A stretch of DNA of 64,000 nt, from contig CAWHOE010000006.1 of the NCBI GenBank assembly GCA_963830915.1, positions 160,001-224,000 on the forward strand, read 5' to 3'. The notes under the pieces were generated by a model that was not told the origin of the DNA, searched no databases, and was given only the letters and a program-made list of their open reading frames with translations. Below are positions 56,334 to 64,000 of the stretch, piece after piece. A program made the translations under genes and the position numbers. The DNA is from a candidate division FCPU426 bacterium. GTDB lineage: Bacteria; Oederibacteriota; Muellerivitia; Muellerivitales; Muellerivitaceae. The first letter of the stretch is position 1, and each line of letters starts with the position of its first letter.

Positions 56334-58635
56334 AAGCTATCCTCCATATCTGGTCGTTCCGGTTGTAACTCGGGACATCGGTCCAAGTATATTTATTCAG
56401 GAACAGATCCCCCCGGAAATGGATCGCTGGGGTCAAAGGATATAATAATCCGAAAGCCCAACTGGTCCTGGTGATGTTCAAAGCTTGATAAGAATAATTA
56501 CCAATCGAGGATGTGTCTAAATAGAAAGGATAATTGGCGTCAGTCGGAGGACTACCTCCGCTTAGTACATACTCGCTTCCCGTGGACTTGGCACTCTCGA
56601 AAGCTAGTGACCAGACCAAGGAATCAAAACCCTGAACGGGCAGATTAAAATCAGCGCCACTGATGAACGTATTCACCGAATAAGGACTTCCATTCAACCC
56701 CAAATAGGTCCGTTGGTTCTTGTAATCGATCGCCACATTATAGGTACTGCCTTTCATGTCCAACGCCTTGGCGATATCAGCGCTTAATGCGCCTTCCCAG
56801 CCGCCGAACTTGCGAGCGTTCTGGGTGGGGGTCCCGCTTTCCACAGCGACCCCTCCCGTTCCAGCGCCATTCAAGACCCAGTTAGGTTGGATCTCATGCA
56901 TACCTAAGTTGCCCGAATCCAAAATATAAGACGCTTGCGGTTTCATCCATCCCCGGTCCCCGATATCAGCCGAGAAACCCAGGATCATTCCCAAACGGTT
57001 AGGAGTAGCGTCTCCATAAGGAAGGACATTCTCCACCATCCTGTCATAAGTGGCGAATTCAGGCCGTTGGGCGTTCTGGAAAGGCGTTCCGTTCAGTGAA
57101 TAATCCAACCAACTATCCAAGTAATTGGAATTCACATAGCCTTGAGAGCCGGGCAAGGAACTATAACGACTGGTCTGGGCGCCAGGAGAGTAAAAATAGG
57201 GGCCAATGTTCAGATATTTCCCAGTCAAGTGAACACCTTGGATGTTGATGGAACCATCGGCCAAGACAGCCCAATCCTGAAAAACCCTCTGAGGATTGTT
57301 GACATCATCCTGGTATTGGCTGTAAGCAGTCTCCACTGAACCTGCAACATAGACATCCGTATCGATCGGCAGATTAGCGCGGGCCTTCCAGCTTCCGATC
57401 TGGTTCTGCCGGGGAAAAGTGGTCGAAAAATCAGGCAGATAAGGCACCGAGGCGCTAGAGGGATCATCCCAGAGCATCAATCCAGTACCGATGAATTCTA
57501 CGTTGTCACTGAAGAAGCTCATGGAAGCCTGACTTCCAGCGTAATAACTGCCAAAACTGAACGTTGTAGCCGATTTCATTTCTCCCGCCATGGCCTGTAA
57601 TTTGAAATGGCTTAACACATCATCCTTTGGAACGAAAAGGTCGCCCGCGGCCTGTAATCCGCGTAAGTGCCAATCCGGTCCATGATCCATATAGACCAAC
57701 TCCTCCACATCTTGGCGGTTACGTTTATAGGAGGTTGGCTCAATGAAGTTGTAATCGGGGATCTCATAATTCCAAAGGGTCAGGGGTGTATATCTTTTAT
57801 AAAAGTCACCTGCCACGAATGTGGTGCCCTCAGTGAAACTGCTAAGGGATATCCATCGAACATTAAGAGGATTAGTAATGGGATCAGCGTAATAAAGACC
57901 AATGGTTCGATAGATCCGGATTCGGGCGTCAAAAAGAACGGAAGGAACCGGTACGCTCTTCAGCCGCATTTCCATCAACATGATGTCATCGTTTTGCATG
58001 GGCCCGTAGATGGAACTGTTCCCAAAGCCACGGTACAAATCGAACCAGCCTCGGGTATAAGCCGAAAGATCCGTTCCAGTACGTTTCAGATATTCCTGCT
58101 GAAGATCGGAAAACCTCTCATTGCGGTGCATCTGTTGGTAGATCTTATCCTCCAACTTAGCCACATTCACATTCATGGCCGTCAACTCGGCCTCAAATTC
58201 CTCGACCAGTTTTTTCAAACTACGGGTCGCGACCATAGCGTTCCCACTCATCGGCGGAAAGACTTGGGATGGCGGCAAAAGGTCCGCTCCACCCGGGAAC
58301 ACAGGACTCGAAGGCACGGCTGGCGCCTCGGTCGGCAGTGAAGGACTTCCCGGCAAACCAGGAGAGGAAGCATCCAGTGAAGGGGGGAGAACATCCGCTT
58401 GGGCATACAATCTTTCAGAAGCCTGTTGGGTCAACTGGACGATCTGAAGATTGGTCATTTCATTCAAGGGCATAGAAGGTTTGTCCACCAGGCCAGCCGC
58501 CACCAGATCATTCATAGAAAGGTCGATCCAACTGTCCCGATCGGTCGAAACCAAACGACCATGCCCCGCCCACGACGGCGCTACGGCCCCTAAGACCAAA
58601 AGGAACAATAAAATCCGGCTTCTGGAAAATCTCAT
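56317..58635 (-). CDS. SLH-like / Pro linker / coiled-coil / large outer-membrane beta-barrel protein (paralog 2)
   Basis: Signal peptide; SWIDLSMNDLVAAGLV...MTNLQI; LKKLVEEFEAELTAMNVNVAKLEDK coil; C-terminal YEASF. Confidence 0.75.
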   Translation of the reverse strand: MRFSRSRILLFLLVLGAVAPSWAGHGRLVSTDRDSWIDLSMNDLVAAGLVDKPSMPLNEMTNLQIVQLTQQASERLYAQADVLPPSLDASSPGLPGSPSLPTEAPAVPSSPVFPGGADLLPPSQVFPPMSGNAMVATRSLKKLVEEFEAELTAMNVNVAKLEDKIYQQMHRNERFSDLQQEYLKRTGTDLSAYTRGWFDLYRGFGNSSIYGPMQNDDIMLMEMRLKSVPVPSVLFDARIRIYRTIGLYYADPITNPLNVRWISLSSFTEGTTFVAGDFYKRYTPLTLWNYEIPDYNFIEPTSYKRNRQDVEELVYMDHGPDWHLRGLQAAGDLFVPKDDVLSHFKLQAMAGEMKSATTFSFGSYYAGSQASMSFFSDNVEFIGTGLMLWDDPSSASVPYLPDFSTTFPRQNQIGSWKARANLPIDTDVYVAGSVETAYSQYQDDVNNPQRVFQDWAVLADGSINIQGVHLTGKYLNIGPYFYSPGAQTSRYSSLPGSQGYVNSNYLDSWLDYSLNGTPFQNAQRPEFATYDRMVENVLPYGDATPNRLGMILGFSADIGDRGWMKPQASYILDSGNLGMHEIQPNWVLNGAGTGGVAVESGTPTQNARKFGGWEGALSADIAKALDMKGSTYNVAIDYKNQRTYLGLNGSPYSVNTFISGADFNLPVQGFDSLVWSLAFESAKSTGSEYVLSGGSPPTDANYPFYLDTSSIGNYSYQALNITRTSWAFGLLYPLTPAIHFRGDLFLNKYTWTDVPSYNRNDQIWRIAYEASF

Positions 58636-58658
58636 TACGGTTTCTGGTCCTTCCTTAT

Positions 58659-61340
58659 TTAAAACAACAACTGCAAGGTGCTGAACACCTGATCGCCCTG
58701 ATAATCATTCTTCGTAACATAAGTGTCAGTGAAAGTTAAGTGCTTGTAACGGGCCTCCAGCTTCCCACCGCACCAAGGCAGGTCCCAAGCCAAACCGCCA
58801 CCAATCGCTTCTGTCTGATAATTAATCAGCGGCCATGTATAGTCGCATTTCCATGTTTCCACTCCATAATCAAAAAGCAAATTCACACTTTTGACCGCTT
58901 GGACCATCAAACAACCGTCATAGACCACTTGTTCGAACAAGTTCGGAATGTTAGCCGGGATATTGTTCTGAGTAACGGCGGTTCCAACGCCAGACACCTG
59001 GTTGTCCGTAAAGAAGAAAGAAAGATCCAATGGCCTGGTGAACCCGATAGTTTTATATAACTGCCATTTGGTGGTTAAAGTAATGTAGTTATAAGTTTTG
59101 AGATCGTCTAAAAGTAGATATTGGTTCTGGCCAGCTTTAGGACCAATCGTATAAGTCACTGGATTGCCGTTGCCATCCAGTTGGACCGGCACAATAAGAG
59201 GGATCCTCTCCGAACTCAATTGGAATTGGTATCGCACATCATCATAGTTGGTATTATTGTCATTACGAATAGCTTGGATGTTGCTCATAAAATCCGAACG
59301 GACCGCGTAAGCGCCTGTGGCACCTCCACCATAACCGCCCCAGAGATTAAGCCCCCAGAGTCCCTCATCATCGGGATAATAAAAGGTGAGCATATTGAAT
59401 GGTTCAATGACGTTATACCCCTCAGGGCTATATACCGTTCGATATTCCGTCTTTTGAGCCACGTCAAAATTGATGATGATGTCATCCAGAAACTTCGGCC
59501 ATTTCTTCATCCAAGTCTGTTGGCGGCCATTCCATCCAAAGTTCAATCTCCAACCATAACGGTCGCTGATGAGATCATTCACTTCCCCCACCGCTCCGTA
59601 CATATCCCCCGCTTTGTCAAAGGTCATCCCACTCATTCCGTATTGGGCGAAATTGATCCCGCTCATCATGACCTTGCTCTGGAAATTGGCGTAATTGTCG
59701 CTGATAGCAGTGTAATAGGCCGTGAATGGATAGAACGCCACAGAAGCCTGTCCACCAGGCGCGTCGATAGGAGAAGGATTAGTGGGATGCAGGAGGTCTA
59801 GTCCCGTATAGAAGTGGGACAAAGCTCCCTCAAAGTTGAAATAAACAGGGGCCAGATTCAACCCGATTTCCGCTGAATAATCTTTCATATCTAGTTGGGG
59901 GATCTGATTAACCCCGAAGTTATCATTGACCCATATGGTCCCGATCGAGGTGCGTAAGAGCCCATCGGCCCAAGGTTGGGCGTATTTCAAACTTTCTTCC
60001 CACCGTTGAGTTTGGGTTGAGGTGGTACCCATCCGTCCAACCAGGAAATTAAGCCTGGCATCTGGGGAAACCCCAGGCAGATTAGAACCCGTCATGAATA
60101 AACCATCAAATACACGGACGTTGGGATTTTGAACGTTCCCCGCCGTCAAGGTGCTGGTGGCGACAAAACCAACGCTATTCATATAGTCATCCCAGATCTT
60201 TGAGTTCTGATCAGTGCTGAAGTCCTTAACATCGAAAGGATGCTCGAACCGGGTCAGTGATGTGGGAGAAATACCCCGTATGAAATCGCCCAAGTTCGTG
60301 TCGGAGTTATAGCCTTCCACCATGACATTGGTATCCCAATTGCCCAGGGGGCCGTTCAGTTTGAAATCCACGGCAGGAGCCCATGAAAAAACGGAGACAG
60401 GACCAGGCTCGGTAGCGTTCGAAAAGGAAAGGTCGGTTTCCATCCCTACCGAGATAGATCCTTTTCCTCCCAGATCGCTCCACATCCCCAGCGTCATATC
60501 ATTGACCGCCTTGGTCGCGCTAATATCCGCGATCCCTGACAAGTGGAGATTCTCGACTCGGACCTTTTCGACCGAACTGAAGTTCGGGGATCCGACCGCA
60601 TGATTTGCCCTCAAAGCGGCGGCGTCCACTTCCGCCTGGATGGGTTTTAACTTATTCAACTCATCTTCTTGTTCTTTGATGCGGGCGTCATCCAAGCTCA
60701 AACGGGAGCGTAAAAAAGCTGACTCACCATGTAACTCTTTAAGCAGATCCTCGATCTCTTTTTTGACGGCATCGCTCACTGGCAACGACGCGGTCGGAAT
60801 GGTTGGAGGTGCAACCGCGGGGGCTGGAATAGTAGGCGGTAAGATCGTGGCTTGTGTCGGGGTAGACGTTGGGATCTCGGGAACAACGACCGCCGGTCCG
60901 GGAATCGTAGGGGGCTGTAATGAAGGAGGGGCGACTTCGGGCGGCCCCGGAACAGAAGGCACGGAAAGGGTCGGTGTTGCCACGATTGGAACCGCCACGG
61001 TCGGTGTCGGTGTCAATTGAACATTAGAAGCCGGTCCCAGTACGGGAGCTTCTATCCGAGCCTTGGCCTTTTCTGTATAGAACGCCAGTTCCAACCGAGT
61101 GACGGTCTTCCCTTGATCCAAGACCTCTTGATCCTGAGGATCCAAAAGACCGTATCTTTCCAAGTTCTTGACCCGTTGGTAAATCGGTTGATCCGGGTCA
61201 ACATTCTCCCCGGGATTAGCCCAAAGAATTAGTGTTCCTGAAAAAAGGAAACATAAACATAGAAAAAACCGGTTGAAAATGATCGGGAACCTAAGGTTCA
61301 AAAGTAACCCCTGAATTTTGTTTTCCAAAAAAACAATCAA
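58659..61340 (-). CDS. SLH-like / Pro linker / coiled-coil / large outer-membrane beta-barrel protein (paralog 1; start uncertain)
   Basis: VDPDQPIYQRVKNLERYGLL...VTRLELA; ~90-aa Pro/Thr linker; EIEDLLKELHGE coil; C-terminal LQLLF. Confidence 0.72.
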   Translation of the reverse strand: MIVFLENKIQGLLLNLRFPIIFNRFFLCLCFLFSGTLILWANPGENVDPDQPIYQRVKNLERYGLLDPQDQEVLDQGKTVTRLELAFYTEKAKARIEAPVLGPASNVQLTPTPTVAVPIVATPTLSVPSVPGPPEVAPPSLQPPTIPGPAVVVPEIPTSTPTQATILPPTIPAPAVAPPTIPTASLPVSDAVKKEIEDLLKELHGESAFLRSRLSLDDARIKEQEDELNKLKPIQAEVDAAALRANHAVGSPNFSSVEKVRVENLHLSGIADISATKAVNDMTLGMWSDLGGKGSISVGMETDLSFSNATEPGPVSVFSWAPAVDFKLNGPLGNWDTNVMVEGYNSDTNLGDFIRGISPTSLTRFEHPFDVKDFSTDQNSKIWDDYMNSVGFVATSTLTAGNVQNPNVRVFDGLFMTGSNLPGVSPDARLNFLVGRMGTTSTQTQRWEESLKYAQPWADGLLRTSIGTIWVNDNFGVNQIPQLDMKDYSAEIGLNLAPVYFNFEGALSHFYTGLDLLHPTNPSPIDAPGGQASVAFYPFTAYYTAISDNYANFQSKVMMSGINFAQYGMSGMTFDKAGDMYGAVGEVNDLISDRYGWRLNFGWNGRQQTWMKKWPKFLDDIIINFDVAQKTEYRTVYSPEGYNVIEPFNMLTFYYPDDEGLWGLNLWGGYGGGATGAYAVRSDFMSNIQAIRNDNNTNYDDVRYQFQLSSERIPLIVPVQLDGNGNPVTYTIGPKAGQNQYLLLDDLKTYNYITLTTKWQLYKTIGFTRPLDLSFFFTDNQVSGVGTAVTQNNIPANIPNLFEQVVYDGCLMVQAVKSVNLLFDYGVETWKCDYTWPLINYQTEAIGGGLAWDLPWCGGKLEARYKHLTFTDTYVTKNDYQGDQVFSTLQLLF

Positions 61341-61349
61341 TTCAACTGA

Positions 61350-62120
61350 TCAAAAGAACTCGATCTCATCCGCCCAAAAGTCGACATTATACTTGCCCGG
61401 ATTATTGTCGGCGCTATGGTCCCATTTGATGCTCATGAACTCGGTCAAGTGATCGATCAAGTCCGGCGGAGTCACCGGCGAGCCCCAACCCGCCAATCTT
61501 TTGGCCTCTGCGAACGGCAAAACTCTTTGCACCCAAACATCCGAAGGAGCCATATCCAAACCAAAATGGTTGTAGCAATCGTTTTGACAGGTTCCACCAG
61601 CGGTCGTTGGAACGGTCGCTGCGATCGTTATCGAGAAACGCCGTTTGATACAGCTGTCATCCGAGGGGCATTTATAATAAAACCTGATCCCGTCGAATTG
61701 GGAAGCGTCATAATATCCGCTGTCCTTGAACTTACCCTCAAGGGTGAACGCCGGATAGGACTTGTCCCCTTTATCGATCAGGGTTCCGAAAATATGGGCC
61801 GCCATCTTGGTACCGTTCGCTCCACCCGAAACAACAAAATCAGGGCTGATCGTATTTCCGGCGTAAGAGTAGTCGATCCAAGAACCAGAGGAGGCGCCGT
61901 AAAGTTTCGAATTCATGTTCTTGGAGCCATCATCAAAATTCGTGATCATTTTGGCTTCCGCGGGTACATTCACTTTGGGTTTGCTACTGGCGGGATTCAC
62001 CAAACCGACCCGCATGGATGCGTTCTTGGAACCATCGTTGACGAAAACAGCGCCGCAACCGACAAGGAAGGAAATTCCAATGACCGCCAAACCGAAGGAA
62101 GAAATAATTTTCGAGGACAT
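61350..62120 (-). CDS. Lipoprotein with CBM11/CIA30-like domain (paralog A)
   Basis: Lipobox FLVG-C; MITNFDDG, GGANGT, FDGIRFY, CQNDCYNHF, AGWG, DFWADEIEFF. Confidence 0.78.
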   Translation of the reverse strand: MSSKIISSFGLAVIGISFLVGCGAVFVNDGSKNASMRVGLVNPASSKPKVNVPAEAKMITNFDDGSKNMNSKLYGASSGSWIDYSYAGNTISPDFVVSGGANGTKMAAHIFGTLIDKGDKSYPAFTLEGKFKDSGYYDASQFDGIRFYYKCPSDDSCIKRRFSITIAATVPTTAGGTCQNDCYNHFGLDMAPSDVWVQRVLPFAEAKRLAGWGSPVTPPDLIDHLTEFMSIKWDHSADNNPGKYNVDFWADEIEFF

Positions 62121-62359
62121 AAAACCTCTTCAAGAAAATTGGGCGGACAAGAGTGACAAAGCCTCGGTATTTTACTAAAAAGCCAAGAAAGCTGTTATCT
62201 TTTTTTCAAGTAGACCCATGTTAATTTCTTTAAAAAAAGGGACCATTTTTGAAGGAGCTTTGTCTAAATGGTTATACCGTTAAATCACGGCAAGGCAATG
62301 AAGTATCAACGGCAAAAGCGTTTTTCCTGACTTTGTTCGCTGAGTCACCATAAGAACGT

Positions 62360-64000
62360 TCAATTGGAATTACTAAAAGAATCATTTTGATCCGACGTCG
62401 GTGTTTCTTGCTCCGGAGCGGTATCCGTCTTTTTCATGGCGGCTCCAGGAGGAAGCCCTTTGATATAAGCGAAATCAAAGGCTCTCATAGAATCACCTGG
62501 TTTTTCCAACATCACAGCGGCCATATACCGATTATCCCTCTCGGGGTGAGGCTCCCGCGGCATATTAATAAAGAGACTCTTGACCCTGACCATATTCCCA
62601 GCGGGTACGTCAAAGGGCCCCACGGTGGCCAATTCATGGAAAAAGTTCTTGGAAGTATCCAATTGGTGCAACATGACCCCCTTTAAGTCTTCCGGAGAAT
62701 GGTTTCGGATCTCGACATTCAATGGGACTGGTACTCCCACCGGCGCTTCGGTGGGAGCCCAAAGATTCACATCCACAGGCGATAGACCTTCCGCCTGCTG
62801 GAGGACAGAGAATGCCTTGCCGCCCGATATTGCCCATTCCATGCTCGAATAGGGTCCCCGGATCCCCCATACGATCCGATAAAGGTCATGCCAGAACATC
62901 CCCAGATTGGCGTTGACCGGGAACCAGTTCCGGAAAGTTTCAATCTCACGGTTGTACAACTCCTGTGGACCGGGGGGGTTCAAGTTCTTTTGGACCCAGT
63001 TGAAATCGACCATCTCGCCCATCGCGTACATGCCGTTATCCCTCGCCAAATACTCGGGCCATTGCTGTTTCATGGCATCGATATGCTCTCGGGTTCCCTC
63101 ATAAAGCATGATCTGGTTAAAGTTGACCCCGGCGTCAATGAACATGGCCGGATCTTGTCCATGTTGATGCCCCATCTGCCAACCTAAGGTAAATGTGAAG
63201 ACAGGTTTGGACATCTTGGCCTCATCCAATATGCTCTTCAAAGCCAGCGCCACCCGATGGGCCCTCCACCATTCGAAGAGAGACACAACCTGTTTATTTT
63301 CCTTCAACTCGACAGTGCGGGCCAGCCAATGGATCCGATCCTGTTTAGACATGCTCCAGAAATCAGTGGGGCCAGGCACATTCAGATCCTTGACGAACTG
63401 GTCCACCATTTCATAACCCGCGAACCCTGTACGAACATAATCCAGACCCACCATGTCCACCAGAGGATCTTTATCCATCATTTTCAAGAAATCGATGATG
63501 TCCGATCTGCGCTTCTTGTCCTCCAGGGAGATAAAACGAGTTTGAATGACCTCATCCGTGTCAGGATCGTACCCCATCGAGAATTCATAAGGAGCCTGCT
63601 GCCACCCGTCCCCCATGACCTTGAAGGTCGTCATATAACTAGCGAACTTCATGCCCGCGTCGTGGGCTTCCTGCGCGTAACGGCGGCCCGCTTCCAAATC
63701 CATTTGGTTATAAGGAAAATCCCTCGATTGCAGATGGTCCCAGATAGAGGTTTGGCCCATCAGATCACAAAAAATATTGGCCCCCATGAATTTGGCCCAT
63801 TGGATAGCGTTCGCGGTATTGGAGGAGTTGCTTCCATCCAAGGCAGGCACCCCCCCATTGACCAATTGCTTCCCTCCTTCCATAGTTAAAGCGGCATACC
63901 CGGGATATAGGCCTTGGGGCTTCAATGGGGGAATAGTGAAAGCGGACTCGAAGGTCTTCGGACTCTTCCAGCCGGAGGAAGAAATGATCACTTCCGCTAT
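62360..64000 (-). CDS. Putative TIM-barrel glycoside-hydrolase-like protein with C-terminal Ig-like domain (partial, 5' end beyond the window)
   Basis: Frame stays open to the window end; EAHDAGMKFASYM, VGLDYVR and QIMLY resemble GHL10/DUF187-like barrels. Confidence 0.5.
   Translation of the reverse strand: MAEVIISSSGWKSPKTFESAFTIPPLKPQGLYPGYAALTMEGGKQLVNGGVPALDGSNSSNTANAIQWAKFMGANIFCDLMGQTSIWDHLQSRDFPYNQMDLEAGRRYAQEAHDAGMKFASYMTTFKVMGDGWQQAPYEFSMGYDPDTDEVIQTRFISLEDKKRRSDIIDFLKMMDKDPLVDMVGLDYVRTGFAGYEMVDQFVKDLNVPGPTDFWSMSKQDRIHWLARTVELKENKQVVSLFEWWRAHRVALALKSILDEAKMSKPVFTFTLGWQMGHQHGQDPAMFIDAGVNFNQIMLYEGTREHIDAMKQQWPEYLARDNGMYAMGEMVDFNWVQKNLNPPGPQELYNREIETFRNWFPVNANLGMFWHDLYRIVWGIRGPYSSMEWAISGGKAFSVLQQAEGLSPVDVNLWAPTEAPVGVPVPLNVEIRNHSPEDLKGVMLHQLDTSKNFFHELATVGPFDVPAGNMVRVKSLFINMPREPHPERDNRYMAAVMLEKPGDSMRAFDFAYIKGLPPGAAMKKTDTAPEQETPTSDQNDSFSNSN

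Noticed and set aside
53910..61340. SusC/TonB-dependent receptors or S-layer proteins
   Set aside because: No recognisable plug domain or TonB box; a single SLH-like motif, coiled coil and C-terminal Phe fit OmpM-like barrels better (needs structure prediction)
1..64000. tRNA, rRNA, tmRNA or known riboswitches
   Set aside because: No cloverleaf/TTCGA-arm or recognisable riboswitch consensus seen by eye in intergenic regions; an Infernal scan would be needed to exclude them

Overview
Bacterial chromosomal window with almost all genes on the minus strand. The core is a Firmicutes-like housekeeping backbone: lepA-lepB-hemW-hrcA-grpE-dnaK, dxr-rseP-sucC-sucD, ispG-proS, polC-rimP-nusA-infB-rbfA-nrnA-truB-ribF-rpsO-pnp, and wecA-like/oxidoreductase/cNMP/TPR-ispE. 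The organism nevertheless looks diderm (SLH plus beta-barrel proteins, a GT9 enzyme, T9SS-CTD-like tails). Accessory features of interest: (1) a 10-kb operon at 52.3-62.1 kb encoding three paralogous SLH/coiled-coil/large beta-barrel (OmpM-like) proteins and three CBM11/CIA30-like lipoproteins beside a GH-like gene, a candidate non-SusCD polysaccharide uptake system; (2) two secreted clan GH-A enzymes carrying the same CBM-like domain and a YPNP...ILR/IVR C-terminal sorting-like domain; (3) an unannotated ~90-nt sRNA candidate with a sigma54 promoter, twin enhancer sites and a perfect anti-Shine-Dalgarno, just downstream of a TPR-type sigma54 activator; (4) a 2832-bp IS1-like element with an 8-bp TSD carrying a proteasome-like Ntn-hydrolase, inserted in the activator operon's promoter/operator and carrying a near-copy of that site; (5) a PolC lacking its exonuclease insert. 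All calls come from reading the sequence by eye; no searches were run.
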